Below, in pieces: positions 18,365-28,189 of a stretch of 64,000 bases of DNA. Both the position numbers and the translations under genes were made by a program. Position 1 is the first letter of the stretch. Each line of letters starts with the position of its first letter. Source of the stretch: Candidatus Cloacimonadota bacterium (GTDB taxonomy: Bacteria; Cloacimonadota; Cloacimonadia; G963667145); contig OY762940.1 in NCBI GenBank assembly GCA_963667255.1, positions 416,001 to 480,000 on the forward strand, written 5' to 3'. The notes below the pieces were generated by a model. The model had not been told where the DNA came from and did no database searches. It was given only the letters and a program-made list of their open reading frames with translations.

Positions 18365-19627
18365 TCAAAAATACCTCAGCATAATATACAAATGCGAGAT
18401 TGCCAAAAGAAACAAAGTAATTGGGATTCCGTATTTTAGAAATCTGCCAAAGCTGATTTTGTTGCCGGTTTTGGCTGCCATATTTGCCACGATGATATTT
18501 GCCGAAGCCCCTATCAGAGAGCCGTTTCCGCCAAGGCACGAGCCGATGGACAAAGCCCACCAAAGTCCGTTATTGCCCGAAGAATTGAGATGAACCTGCA
18601 CATCTTGCAAAAGCGGAATCATCGTTGCCACAAAAGGAATATTGTCCACAACAGCGGAAGCAATGCCCGAAAACCACAAAAGCACCTGAGCGGTAAACTG
18701 CAAATTGCCGTGAGTGAAAGCCAGCATCTTACTGCTGACAAGGGAGATAGCTCCCACTTCCACAAGTCCACCAACCATAATAAAAAGCCCCGAGAAGAAG
18801 AAAATGCTCGACCATTCCACTTTGCGAAAAATCGACTCCGCCTCGGTTTTGCCGATAATCATCAAGACGGAAGCCCCCGTCATCGCAATGGTGGCAGCCT
18901 CCAAATCCACAAATCCGTGAATGGCGAAACCCAAAATTACCAAAGCCAAAACCCAAAGCGACTTGAACAAAAGCTTGGTGTCCTTGATAGACATCCGCTC
19001 GTCAAAAGCCATAATTCTCGCCTTGTCCTCGTTGCTCACTCGCATCTGCTTGGCAAAGAGAAAATAGAAAATCACCGAGACCAAAATCAGTTGCACAACT
19101 ATGAGCGGAGCGACATTGAACACAAAATCCATAAACGACAAACCGGCGGCACTTCCTATCATAATGTTCGGCGGGTCGCCTATGAGAGTGGCTGTTCCTC
19201 CGATGTTGGAGGCGAAAATCTGCGAGAGTAGAAATGGAAGCGGGGAAATTCGCAACTCCTCAGCTATCAAAACCGAGACCGGAGTGATGAGCAAAACCGT
19301 GGTTATATTGTCCAAAAGTGCCGAAAAAACCGCCGTAATCATAAAAAGCATAATCAATATCTTTACCGGAGATCCGCCCACTGATTTTGCCAGTTTTATC
19401 GCCACAAACTCAAAAACACCCGTTCGCTCCACCGTGCTAACCAACACCATCATACTTATCAGCAGGACAATCACATTGAAATCGATGTGTCCCATCGCCG
19501 TTTCTTGAGGCAAAATATGCAAAATCAACATCAACGAAGCACCGAGGAGAGCCACCAAAGTTTTGTTGATTTTTTCCCAAGCTATCATCAAATATGACAA
19601 AACAAAAATCGTTATCGCACCCGCCAT
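18365..19627 (-). CDS. ArsB/NhaD (IT superfamily) transporter
   Basis: SALLDNITT, ASNIGGTATLIGDPPN, VDNIPFV, LGGNGSLIGASAN. Confidence 0.88.
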   Translation of the reverse strand: MAGAITIFVLSYLMIAWEKINKTLVALLGASLMLILHILPQETAMGHIDFNVIVLLISMMVLVSTVERTGVFEFVAIKLAKSVGGSPVKILIMLFMITAVFSALLDNITTVLLITPVSVLIAEELRISPLPFLLSQIFASNIGGTATLIGDPPNIMIGSAAGLSFMDFVFNVAPLIVVQLILVSVIFYFLFAKQMRVSNEDKARIMAFDERMSIKDTKLLFKSLWVLALVILGFAIHGFVDLEAATIAMTGASVLMIIGKTEAESIFRKVEWSSIFFFSGLFIMVGGLVEVGAISLVSSKMLAFTHGNLQFTAQVLLWFSGIASAVVDNIPFVATMIPLLQDVQVHLNSSGNNGLWWALSIGSCLGGNGSLIGASANIIVANMAAKTGNKISFGRFLKYGIPITLFLLAISHLYIMLRYF

Positions 19628-19628
19628 T

Positions 19629-20525
19629 TTATGCCCTCAACACCTTGCTGACAAAAGACCTGTCGCTCAACACCGCCAAAGGTTTGCCCTGCTCATCGAC
19701 CACCGTGAGATGATGCCAGCCGTTTTTGAGCATCTTAAATCCCACTTGCAAAACCTGCTCATTTTCCCTGACAATCCGCAACTTGTCGTCAGAACAAATA
19801 TCGCCGACTTTCAGAGTTTTTTCCATCTGATGAAACTTCTCAAAGCTACGACTGGTGGACATAAAGCTAAGCGTGGACATCAAAAATGAAGACTTGGGGT
19901 AAGCCGCTCTGATGATGTCAAAAGCGTCCAACTTGCCAACATAACACCCTTTTTCATCGACAACCGGCAAATATTTCAGTGACTTTTCTTTCATCTTATC
20001 CACAGCCTCCGCCACACTATCGCCCTTTTGCACGGTCAAAACCGCTTCGGGATTGATAATATCCGAAATAAGCAAACTCTTATCGACATCCAAATCCAAG
20101 CTCTTTATGAGCTCAATCAACTGACGAGGAGCTTTGCAATCGCGGATTTTCGCCTGATGTCTCTGCACGATTTTGGCAAAAGAAGCTAGCACCATCAGAT
20201 AGCGGTTGCTACCCGAATTGGAAGTCAAAGTGCAATAAAAAACATCAGCCTTTTTGCCCGCAAAATCGATGGGCTTTTTGGTCTTAACCAAAGAGATGAT
20301 GAGGTCTTCAAAGCCTTCTATCCTGCCGTGCGGCACGGAACTGCCATCGGGGAAAACCACATAACCAAGCTTTTCTCTCTCCAAAAAAGCGTCCAAAATT
20401 TCCTGTTTGGACAGAGAAAACATCTTTTCAATTTGGGCGGAAATCATCTCATACATCTGCAAAGAGTTAGCGACATCCACATCCCAAAAAATCAACTCCG
20501 AATTAAGCAAATTATCTAATTTCAT
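19629..20525 (-). CDS. PTS EIIA(Fru/Ntr-type) domain fused to a CBS domain pair
   Basis: LEREKLG...VPHGR (phospho-His), followed by CBS motifs LPVVDE and LTVVDEQGK. Confidence 0.8.
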   Translation of the reverse strand: MKLDNLLNSELIFWDVDVANSLQMYEMISAQIEKMFSLSKQEILDAFLEREKLGYVVFPDGSSVPHGRIEGFEDLIISLVKTKKPIDFAGKKADVFYCTLTSNSGSNRYLMVLASFAKIVQRHQAKIRDCKAPRQLIELIKSLDLDVDKSLLISDIINPEAVLTVQKGDSVAEAVDKMKEKSLKYLPVVDEKGCYVGKLDAFDIIRAAYPKSSFLMSTLSFMSTSRSFEKFHQMEKTLKVGDICSDDKLRIVRENEQVLQVGFKMLKNGWHHLTVVDEQGKPLAVLSDRSFVSKVLRA

Positions 20526-20546
20526 CTTAATCCCATCCTTATTTAT

Positions 20547-21284
20547 TTAAAACTCCAACACCAATTTAACGATGCTCATTACCATCGCCACGACCAGCAA
20601 AATCTTGGCAAAACCCTCACCTTTTTTGATAGCAATACTGCAAGAAGCATACGAGCCGAGCAATCCGCCAATCACCAGAGCCGGTGCATAGTGCCAACAA
20701 ATCTTGCCATGATAAGCCAAAATAGCCACTCCCACGATGTTATACAACATAATTATCACGAGCTTATTGGCATTCGCCGAAATCAAATCCAGATTTTTTA
20801 CCATACCCAAACCCGCAAGGAGCAAAAGCCCGGCTCCCACTTGCACAAATCCGCCGTAAAAACCGATGGCTACGAAAATCACAATCTGCAACCAGACCGG
20901 AAATTCCTTGTGTGTCAGCCCATTTTTTTGTCGCAAAATCACAAACAAAGCCACAAAAACAATCACTCCGGCAAGAGCATAGTCGAAAATCTCCTTGGGA
21001 ATGTTCGCCGAAACTTGAGTTCCGAGCAGGCTCCCTATGAAAATCGGCACAAATATCCGCCAATCAAACTCGATTTTCTTGTGCTTGCGGTGCAGAATGC
21101 TCGCTCCCAAAAGCGATTGACAAACCAAAGCAACCCGAAAGGTAGAAATAGCAACGATGGAAGGAATGTCGATAAACAGCATCGCCGTGATCACCACGAT
21201 AGAGCCAGCACCAGCCATCACATTGATGAACGAAGCCACAAAAGAGGCAGCCACCAACAACAAATTAATCCAAAGTTCTTCCAT
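20547..21284 (-). CDS. TauE/SafE (TSUP) family membrane transporter
   Basis: FINVMAGAGS, IGFYGGFVQVGAG, SANANK. Confidence 0.85.
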   Translation of the reverse strand: MEELWINLLLVAASFVASFINVMAGAGSIVVITAMLFIDIPSIVAISTFRVALVCQSLLGASILHRKHKKIEFDWRIFVPIFIGSLLGTQVSANIPKEIFDYALAGVIVFVALFVILRQKNGLTHKEFPVWLQIVIFVAIGFYGGFVQVGAGLLLLAGLGMVKNLDLISANANKLVIIMLYNIVGVAILAYHGKICWHYAPALVIGGLLGSYASCSIAIKKGEGFAKILLVVAMVMSIVKLVLEF

Positions 21285-21397
21285 TTATGATTGTTCCTAA
21301 AGCTTTTAAATTCTTAAACTACAATTTAACAACTCGCTCCCCAGCTCCAGACAAGCAACCATTTATTTCCTGTGCTAATGTCCCACAAGCCCCAACT

Positions 21398-21420
21398 GGA
21401 TTCCCGCTTTCGCGGGAAAG
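21398..21420. repeat. REP-like GC-rich palindrome (dRS3-like)
   Basis: GGATTCCCGC-TTTC-GCGGGAA; single copy in window. Confidence 0.6.
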
Positions 21421-21464
21421 AGGGCGAGATATATCTTTTTCATTCTTTGTTCTCGTTCCCAAGC

Positions 21465-23372
21465 TCATTTTCGCCTTGTGTAATGTCGCAAAGAAGTAAC
21501 CAACTGATAACCCAAAAATACAGAAAACAGTTTGAATAGGATAAAAGGAAATGTAGCTACTTGCTTTCCACAATGTAAAATACCTTCAGTATTGAAAGGA
21601 TTGATAAAACTTAAAAATTCTTTTTCTTTTTGAAAATAATGAACAACATAGATTAAAACAATAAAAGACAAAACGACAAAAGGCAAATAAACAAATAAAT
21701 TGATAGAACCTTTTAAAAATTTTTTGTCTAATGACAAATTCTTTGTCCCTAAATAACCAGTAAAAAATACTATCAGAGAAAGAACTCCTAAAACAATACT
21801 TAACTTAATAACTTTATTGTAATTGCAAAAATTATAATATAATAAAATCCCCAGAAAAAGCAAAAATAAATTCAAAGTCAAATATAGAAAGTAAATCCCC
21901 CTTCGATAAGCAAATTTTAAATTCATAAAGTGTTTGCTTTTCGAAATAAGAAAAATAAAAATTAGTATTGAACTAAAAAATAAAATTATAGGGTATCTAT
22001 AAAAATCTATATTTTTTTTTATCAAGAAATCAAAGTTATAAAAAAAGAGTCCTATAGCAAAATACCAAAAAAAAGGTAACATCCAATTTTGAGAAAAATT
22101 AGACACCAATTTCCCAAACGAAAAGACTAGACCTTGACTTATTGATTTTTTCTGCCAAAAATACTCATTCATTTCCAAAGAGTAAAAAACATTCGCATCG
22201 ATTATATTCCCCTGCAAATCGTTCACATGTTTCAATTGTCTCAAAGTATCTCTTGTCGCCTTTTCAAGTCTATACCCAAGATTTTCTCCCCAATTAACCC
22301 CATTAAAAATAGAGTTGCCGTTAGAGCCTATAAAAGAAGCATTTTCCAAATTAATTTCTTTTGCCTTAGATACATCAAAGTTATTAAATTCAACTCTTGA
22401 CAAATTACTATGATAAAAAGACAATTTTGAGTTTACACAAACATCTGTAAGTCTAAAAATTTTTGCAGAATTAGTAAAATATGCTAATTTAAAACTATCA
22501 ACGGCAACATTCTCTATAAAAACACTTCCATTTTCTTCAAAAGTAGGATTAGAAAAGATTATTTCACTTCTTTTATGTTTCTCTTCATTCTCATAATCTT
22601 CCATTATGTAGGTATTCGCTTTAAATTTGCAATCATCAAAGAAAACAGAATTAAAGTAAAACCAATTATTTTCCTCAAAAGTAACTTTTTGAAATTTCAC
22701 ATTTAGTTCTCGAATCTCTTTTGAGAAAAAAGGTTCAAAACTATTCCCTATATTTAAAACAGAACCATTAATAGATTTTGCTCCATTCAAGATTAAAACG
22801 CATATTTCTTTGTCTTTCAAACAAAGTGAAGAATCTTTATAAAAAGAAGATTCTCTAAAAAATAACTTTGAACATTTAATATCAAGAATAGAAACTTCAT
22901 CAAGAAAAATAGCTTTGTTAAATAGTAAATTGCTAAAAATACTGTTTTGGAAAAATATCTTTTCCTTAAACTTACATTCGCTAAAGCTAACACTATCATT
23001 AAATTTTACAAAAATATCATTGGTTTCACTAAAAGAAAAATCACTATAAAAAAAAGCTCCCTTAAAATTGAAAGATTTATTAAATTCGTTAACATCTATA
23101 AGTGTAGAAGGGTGGATATAAGAAAAAATAGAACCCCTTGTCTTTGGAAAAATAATGCCTGTAAAATCATGTTCTTTTACATTATCATTAGTTTCGTTTT
23201 TTGCTAACTCTTCTCTAAATTTATCCCAAAACTTTTTACATTTCTCTTCAGATTTACTCCAATCCCTATTTCCTTTATTGTCTTTTATATACCAATCTGT
23301 CTTCTCACAATGGAAGATACACTTATCTCCCTCGTAAACCTCGCTTCCACACCAACATTTATCTTCGGGCAT
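21465..23372 (-). CDS. Low-GC pentapeptide-repeat-like protein with multi-TM C-terminus
   Basis: N-terminal CWC...CIFHC, periodic FxxxxF repeats, several hydrophobic helices; SD GGAG/GGGAG. Confidence 0.7.
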   Translation of the reverse strand: MPEDKCWCGSEVYEGDKCIFHCEKTDWYIKDNKGNRDWSKSEEKCKKFWDKFREELAKNETNDNVKEHDFTGIIFPKTRGSIFSYIHPSTLIDVNEFNKSFNFKGAFFYSDFSFSETNDIFVKFNDSVSFSECKFKEKIFFQNSIFSNLLFNKAIFLDEVSILDIKCSKLFFRESSFYKDSSLCLKDKEICVLILNGAKSINGSVLNIGNSFEPFFSKEIRELNVKFQKVTFEENNWFYFNSVFFDDCKFKANTYIMEDYENEEKHKRSEIIFSNPTFEENGSVFIENVAVDSFKLAYFTNSAKIFRLTDVCVNSKLSFYHSNLSRVEFNNFDVSKAKEINLENASFIGSNGNSIFNGVNWGENLGYRLEKATRDTLRQLKHVNDLQGNIIDANVFYSLEMNEYFWQKKSISQGLVFSFGKLVSNFSQNWMLPFFWYFAIGLFFYNFDFLIKKNIDFYRYPIILFFSSILIFIFLISKSKHFMNLKFAYRRGIYFLYLTLNLFLLFLGILLYYNFCNYNKVIKLSIVLGVLSLIVFFTGYLGTKNLSLDKKFLKGSINLFVYLPFVVLSFIVLIYVVHYFQKEKEFLSFINPFNTEGILHCGKQVATFPFILFKLFSVFLGYQLVTSLRHYTRRK

Positions 23373-23462
23373 TCTATTCTCCCTGCTCCTTTGTCCTCAA
23401 ATTATCAATCATCCATTGTCAATTATCAATTACTATGCTCTTGGGCATAGTCAAGCACAACT

Positions 23463-24548
23463 CTATTCCACTTCTTCTTGCTTTTGTGCTTGATCACATC
23501 CCCTGCTTTCATATCTAATAAACCACAGCATCACCAGCATACCCACCACAACAAAGAGAAGTGTGGTCAATAGTTGCCCGACATCCGACGGCAAAGCAAG
23601 CTTATTGGTCATCAAAGACTGGTTTTGCAAAAGCACGATACTTCCATCAACTTTGCTATAAATATCAGTTATCCTACAAGCCTTGAACGGCCATATCGCA
23701 TACAACGAACCGAGCATCAAGCCGATGAGAAAATACAAAGTCTGGTCTTTGAAGCGATTGAATAGGTAGTTAAGCACTCTCACGAAAAGCAAAATGCCGA
23801 AAATCACACCCAGACCAAAGGCAAACAAGAGCATAATGTCGTCAGGATTGAAGCGATTAAGCCGCGAAACCGCACCGATTATCTGCGAATATCGCCCAAA
23901 AAGCAAGAGAATAAACGAACCGCTCACACCCGGAAGCACCATCACACTGATAGCCAGCATCCCCACGAGGAACAGGGAAACATACTCCATTATCGCATGA
24001 GAACCGCCTGCATTGGCTCCATAAAGAAAAATTTGTTGCAAATTGGCACTTTTTTGCAAGATTTTGGAAGACGGATCAACCATAGCTGAAATAATCACCG
24101 TCACACACAAACCCAAAATTAACCAAAAAATGAACGAATTTCGCCTATTTTTTATCATTTTATAGGGCAAATATAGCGAAAATAGGATTAAACCGAAGAA
24201 AAACCCGTAAGTCGGCGAATAATGATTTGCCAAAAGATACTTCATCAATCTGCTCATCAAAAGCAAGGCAATCACATCTCCAACGACTATTTTACCCAAG
24301 AAAAGGTTGTCATCTGCGAACAACTCCCCGAAAAACTCCTTGAATTTCCCCTTAAACAACTTACCAAACAAACTTTTCACATATTGCACATTCCAGCCCG
24401 CCACAGCATGCAAAAGGCGGTGGTAAATCCCCAAAACAAGAGCAAAAGTCCCGCCAGAAACTCCCGGAATAATGTCGGCTATACCGATAATCGCACCAAA
24501 AATAAACTCCATTTTTTCTATCTCCCTATAAATCAATCCATTATTCAA
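23463..24548 (-). CDS. DUF368 membrane protein (undecaprenyl-phosphate translocase family)
   Basis: GIADIIPGVSGGT and MVLPGVSGSFILL; start codon uncertain. Confidence 0.88.
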   Translation of the reverse strand: MNNGLIYREIEKMEFIFGAIIGIADIIPGVSGGTFALVLGIYHRLLHAVAGWNVQYVKSLFGKLFKGKFKEFFGELFADDNLFLGKIVVGDVIALLLMSRLMKYLLANHYSPTYGFFFGLILFSLYLPYKMIKNRRNSFIFWLILGLCVTVIISAMVDPSSKILQKSANLQQIFLYGANAGGSHAIMEYVSLFLVGMLAISVMVLPGVSGSFILLLFGRYSQIIGAVSRLNRFNPDDIMLLFAFGLGVIFGILLFVRVLNYLFNRFKDQTLYFLIGLMLGSLYAIWPFKACRITDIYSKVDGSIVLLQNQSLMTNKLALPSDVGQLLTTLLFVVVGMLVMLWFIRYESRGCDQAQKQEEVE

Positions 24549-24576
24549 TTGTTCCCCGAATAACCGACCAAGTTTT

Positions 24577-25563
24577 TTATATCAATTTTCTTTTTTTTTT
24601 TGCCAGTTTATCACAAATCTCTTTCACTTTCTGACTCTCGCCCTTCTTGCAAACCAAAATATTGTCGCTCTGAGCAATAATGATGCTGTCTTTCACACCA
24701 ACGAGACCCACGGTTTTCCCCTCGGCGATTACCAAATTATTATTGCTATCCACTTGGATACTCGCCGTAGAATCCACCACCTCAAAAAGCGAGTCGAAAC
24801 TCCCCAAATCGTTCCACTTTCCGATAAAAGGTACAACTTTAACCTTTTTAGAACGCTCCATCACGGCATAATCGATGCTATCCTTAGGAATATTGAGCAT
24901 ATCGTCCATATTTATCAAGCCGTCAGTGCTTTTTTCGTGAGCAATCTTCGCCATCTCGTAAATTTTGGGGGCATATTTCTTCAATTCCGCAAGATAAGCA
25001 CCCGCTTTGAAGCAAAACATCCCGCTATTCCACAGATAATTGCCCGAATCGAGATAACTCTCCGCTGTTTTCAAGTCAGGTTTCTCGCAAAAAGCCAAAA
25101 CATCATCACTTTTAGCACAAATGTAACCGTAACCGGTCTCAGCGTATGTCGGCAAAATCCCAAAAGTCACCAAATTCCCTTCTTCCGCCAAGCTCTCAGC
25201 TTCAAACAGAGATTTTCGATAATATTTGTCCGCAACAATCAAATGGTCGGCAGGACTAACCAAGAGAATCTCCTCCGAATCAACGGAAAAACAAGCCAAA
25301 GCAATAGCTGGAGCGGTATTTCGTCCTATAGGCTCTTGAATAAAATCGACTTGCGAATCCTCATCAATCTGCTTTTTCGCTAAATTTAAGTGTTTTTGCC
25401 CCAAAATTACCAAAAATCCATCACAAAAAGGCGAATTTCGCTCTAAAGTTAGCTGGAAAAGCGATTTTTTTTTGAATAATGGCAGAAATTGTTTTGGGTG
25501 TTCCGGCATACTTATAGGCCAAAGCCTCGTTCCCGAACCTCCGCAAATTACCAAATTTTTCAT
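24577..25563 (-). CDS. manC: Mannose-1-phosphate guanylyltransferase
   Basis: GGSGTRLWP, PKQF, EPIGRNTAPA, ETGYGYI, WNSGMF, WNDLGS. Confidence 0.92.
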   Translation of the reverse strand: MKNLVICGGSGTRLWPISMPEHPKQFLPLFKKKSLFQLTLERNSPFCDGFLVILGQKHLNLAKKQIDEDSQVDFIQEPIGRNTAPAIALACFSVDSEEILLVSPADHLIVADKYYRKSLFEAESLAEEGNLVTFGILPTYAETGYGYICAKSDDVLAFCEKPDLKTAESYLDSGNYLWNSGMFCFKAGAYLAELKKYAPKIYEMAKIAHEKSTDGLINMDDMLNIPKDSIDYAVMERSKKVKVVPFIGKWNDLGSFDSLFEVVDSTASIQVDSNNNLVIAEGKTVGLVGVKDSIIIAQSDNILVCKKGESQKVKEICDKLAKKKRKLI

Positions 25564-25612
25564 AAAATCTCCTAAATTTACTCAAATTTTGCTGAAAATT
25601 AGCAAATTTTTA

Positions 25613-27685
25613 TCAATATCCTCTTGTTTTTTCTATTATGGCTTCTTTTACTCTCTCCGGAACTAAGTCGTATTTCAAAAACTCCATACTCATCGAAGCC
25701 CTTCCCTTGGACAAATTACGCAACCTCGTTGTGTAGCCAAATAGCTCACTAACCGGCACTTCGCAAACAACCTGTTGCCTCGCATCCATATGCTTGATAT
25801 CGAGGACTTTACCTCGCTTGCCATTGAGGTCGGCAATGATATCTCCAACATACTCCTCTGGGGACAAGACCACAGCCTTGACAATAGGCTCAAGGAAAGT
25901 TGCCGTTGCCTCGGACAAAGCCCTGCTGACAGCAGTAGAGGTCACGATGGAAAAAGCCATTTCCGAAGATTCGCCCTCTTTGGTTTCCACATTCACAATC
26001 TCGATTTTCACATTCCGCACCGGCCAAGAAAAAATAGGTCCTGCCGCACAGCCACCCAAAGCACCTTCCTTGATAGCACGCATAAACTCTGGCAATAAGT
26101 CGCTCTTCTTTACTGGATTCTCATAAACATTCTTGCTCTTTTCTTCGTTATCAGGCATAGGGGAGAGACGCACCTTGACCTTCGCATAGTGCTTTTTGCC
26201 CTTAATCTCACGGTCAAACTCTTCCTCAAACTCAACTGAACTCAAAATCGTCTCTCTGTAAGCCACCTGAGGCGTTCCCACATTCGCATTAACACAAAAC
26301 TCATTTTTTAGACGATAAACCAACACTTCCAAGTGCAACTCGCCCATACCGGAAATCACAATTTGACCGGAATTTTTGTCCTCTTTCACGAAGAAAGTAG
26401 GGTCTTCATCCTCCAATCTCTTCAGAGAATCCATCAATTTGTCGTAATCGCCCTTAGTCTCAGGCTCTATCACCATAGAAATTACCGCCTCGGGAAAATT
26501 CATCTTGGGCAATTCAAAATCAACTCCTCTTCCTCCCAGCGTCTGTCCGGTTTTCACATCTTTCGGACCCACAAAAGTGGCAATATCTCCATACGAAATC
26601 TCGTTCAAATCTTGAGTCTTATTGGAATGCATCTGCAAAATCCGCATAACTCGCTCTTTCTTGCCTGTCTCTTGGTTTGTGAGAGTATCGCCCTTTTTTA
26701 TCGTCCCCGAGTAAACTCTGCCATACAACAGCTTACCCATATGCTTGTCACTCTGTATCTTGTATATCAACGCCAAGGGGACATTATCAGACGGAGAAAA
26801 AGATGAAAGCTTTCCATCCTTAATGATTTGGAAATCAGCCTTGTCAACGGGGGAGGGCAACAAGTCGCCAATCGCATCCATCAGAAGCCTAACTCCCATA
26901 TTTTTGAACGAAGAACCACAAAGAACAGGTGTAACCTTCAGCGAAATCGTCGCTTTCCGCAAAACAGGAACAATCTCCTCCGCCGTCAGCTCTTGCTCCT
27001 CCAAAACCTTTTCCATCAAAGAATCGTCGTATTCCGACAAAACATCCAACAGCAACTCGCGATACATATTGTATTCATCAAGAGCATCTTCGGGAATCTC
27101 TTTGGCAATCATTTTGCTTCCATATTCCTCTTGGTCAAAATAGTAAGCAACACCCCTCACAACATCCACAATAGCCTCAAAATCCGCTTCTTTCCCGATG
27201 GGAAACTGGATAGCCAAAGCCCCGGGAGACAATCGTTCTCTTATATCTTCCAAAGTCCGCTCAAAATCGGCACCCATTCTATCCATTTTGTTCACATAGG
27301 CTATCTTGGGGATGCTATATCTCTCTGACTGTGCCCAAACCGTTTCGCTCTGGGGCTCCACACCTCCGACACCACAAAAAACGCCAACAGCTCCATCCAA
27401 TACCCGTAGGCTTCTCTCCACCTCAGCAGTAAAATCAACATGCCCCGGAGTATCAATAATATTAATCTGTCGCTTCTTCCAGCTCAAAGATGTCACAGCC
27501 GAAGTTATAGTAATGCCTCTATCCTGCTCTTGGTCCATCCAATCCATCGTCGCATTTCCATCGTGCACCTCTCCCATACGATGAATCCGTCCGGAATAAA
27601 ACAAAATCCTCTCGGTAGTTGTAGTTTTGCCCGCATCGATGTGAGCCATAATTCCGATATTTCTGATATTTTCTCTACTCGCCAT
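25613..27685 (-). CDS. fusA: Elongation factor G paralog (outside the str operon, divergent domain IV)
   Basis: AHIDAGKTT, RGITI, DTPGHVDF, NKMD, GMGELHLE. Confidence 0.9.
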   Translation of the reverse strand: MASRENIRNIGIMAHIDAGKTTTTERILFYSGRIHRMGEVHDGNATMDWMDQEQDRGITITSAVTSLSWKKRQINIIDTPGHVDFTAEVERSLRVLDGAVGVFCGVGGVEPQSETVWAQSERYSIPKIAYVNKMDRMGADFERTLEDIRERLSPGALAIQFPIGKEADFEAIVDVVRGVAYYFDQEEYGSKMIAKEIPEDALDEYNMYRELLLDVLSEYDDSLMEKVLEEQELTAEEIVPVLRKATISLKVTPVLCGSSFKNMGVRLLMDAIGDLLPSPVDKADFQIIKDGKLSSFSPSDNVPLALIYKIQSDKHMGKLLYGRVYSGTIKKGDTLTNQETGKKERVMRILQMHSNKTQDLNEISYGDIATFVGPKDVKTGQTLGGRGVDFELPKMNFPEAVISMVIEPETKGDYDKLMDSLKRLEDEDPTFFVKEDKNSGQIVISGMGELHLEVLVYRLKNEFCVNANVGTPQVAYRETILSSVEFEEEFDREIKGKKHYAKVKVRLSPMPDNEEKSKNVYENPVKKSDLLPEFMRAIKEGALGGCAAGPIFSWPVRNVKIEIVNVETKEGESSEMAFSIVTSTAVSRALSEATATFLEPIVKAVVLSPEEYVGDIIADLNGKRGKVLDIKHMDARQQVVCEVPVSELFGYTTRLRNLSKGRASMSMEFLKYDLVPERVKEAIIEKTRGY

Positions 27686-27769
27686 AATAAACTCCTAAGA
27701 AAGCAAATTTTTGTCTCTCCACGATTTTTCAAGCAAAAAAAAGGTCAAACTCTTTTTGAGAAAGTAAAA

Positions 27770-28050
27770 TTTTGATTTTCAACGAAAATTCTTCCCTGAT
27801 TTTTACAAAAATTACCCGATTTTAGCAAAATATCGCCAAATTAGCACAAAAAACAGCAAATTTTCCGTTTTTAGGGTCTATAGTCTCCCAATTTTAACAT
27901 CTTTTCTCCGAAATTTGATTTCTTCAAAAACCCATTATAATATTCGAGGAGAATTTAAAAGAAAACTAAAATTTTAATGTATTCAAATAATTTTGATGAA
28001 AATTTAGTCAATTCTTTAGAAATTTGCTAAAATTAAGTAAAAATAGCGAG
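27770..28050. other. Non-coding region of helically phased A/T tracts (predicted intrinsic bend)
   Basis: AAAATT/GATTTT tracts recur about every 10-11 bp; no ORF in the track. Confidence 0.55.
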
Positions 28051-28189
28051 AAAAGAAGAAAAACTCCCCTTAATCCAAAAGTTCCTCATAGAACAAAGGA
28101 GTTTAATAATAGAAATTCAGTAAGATAGGAAATTTTTTGGTTTTCCCTATTTTATAAATTTTTTTTCTAACTAATAGAAAAATAAAATA

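Noticed and set aside
27978..28031. 17-codon ORF in the fusA-lolA gap
   Set aside because: The SD-like GAGGAG is too far upstream and there is no supporting homology
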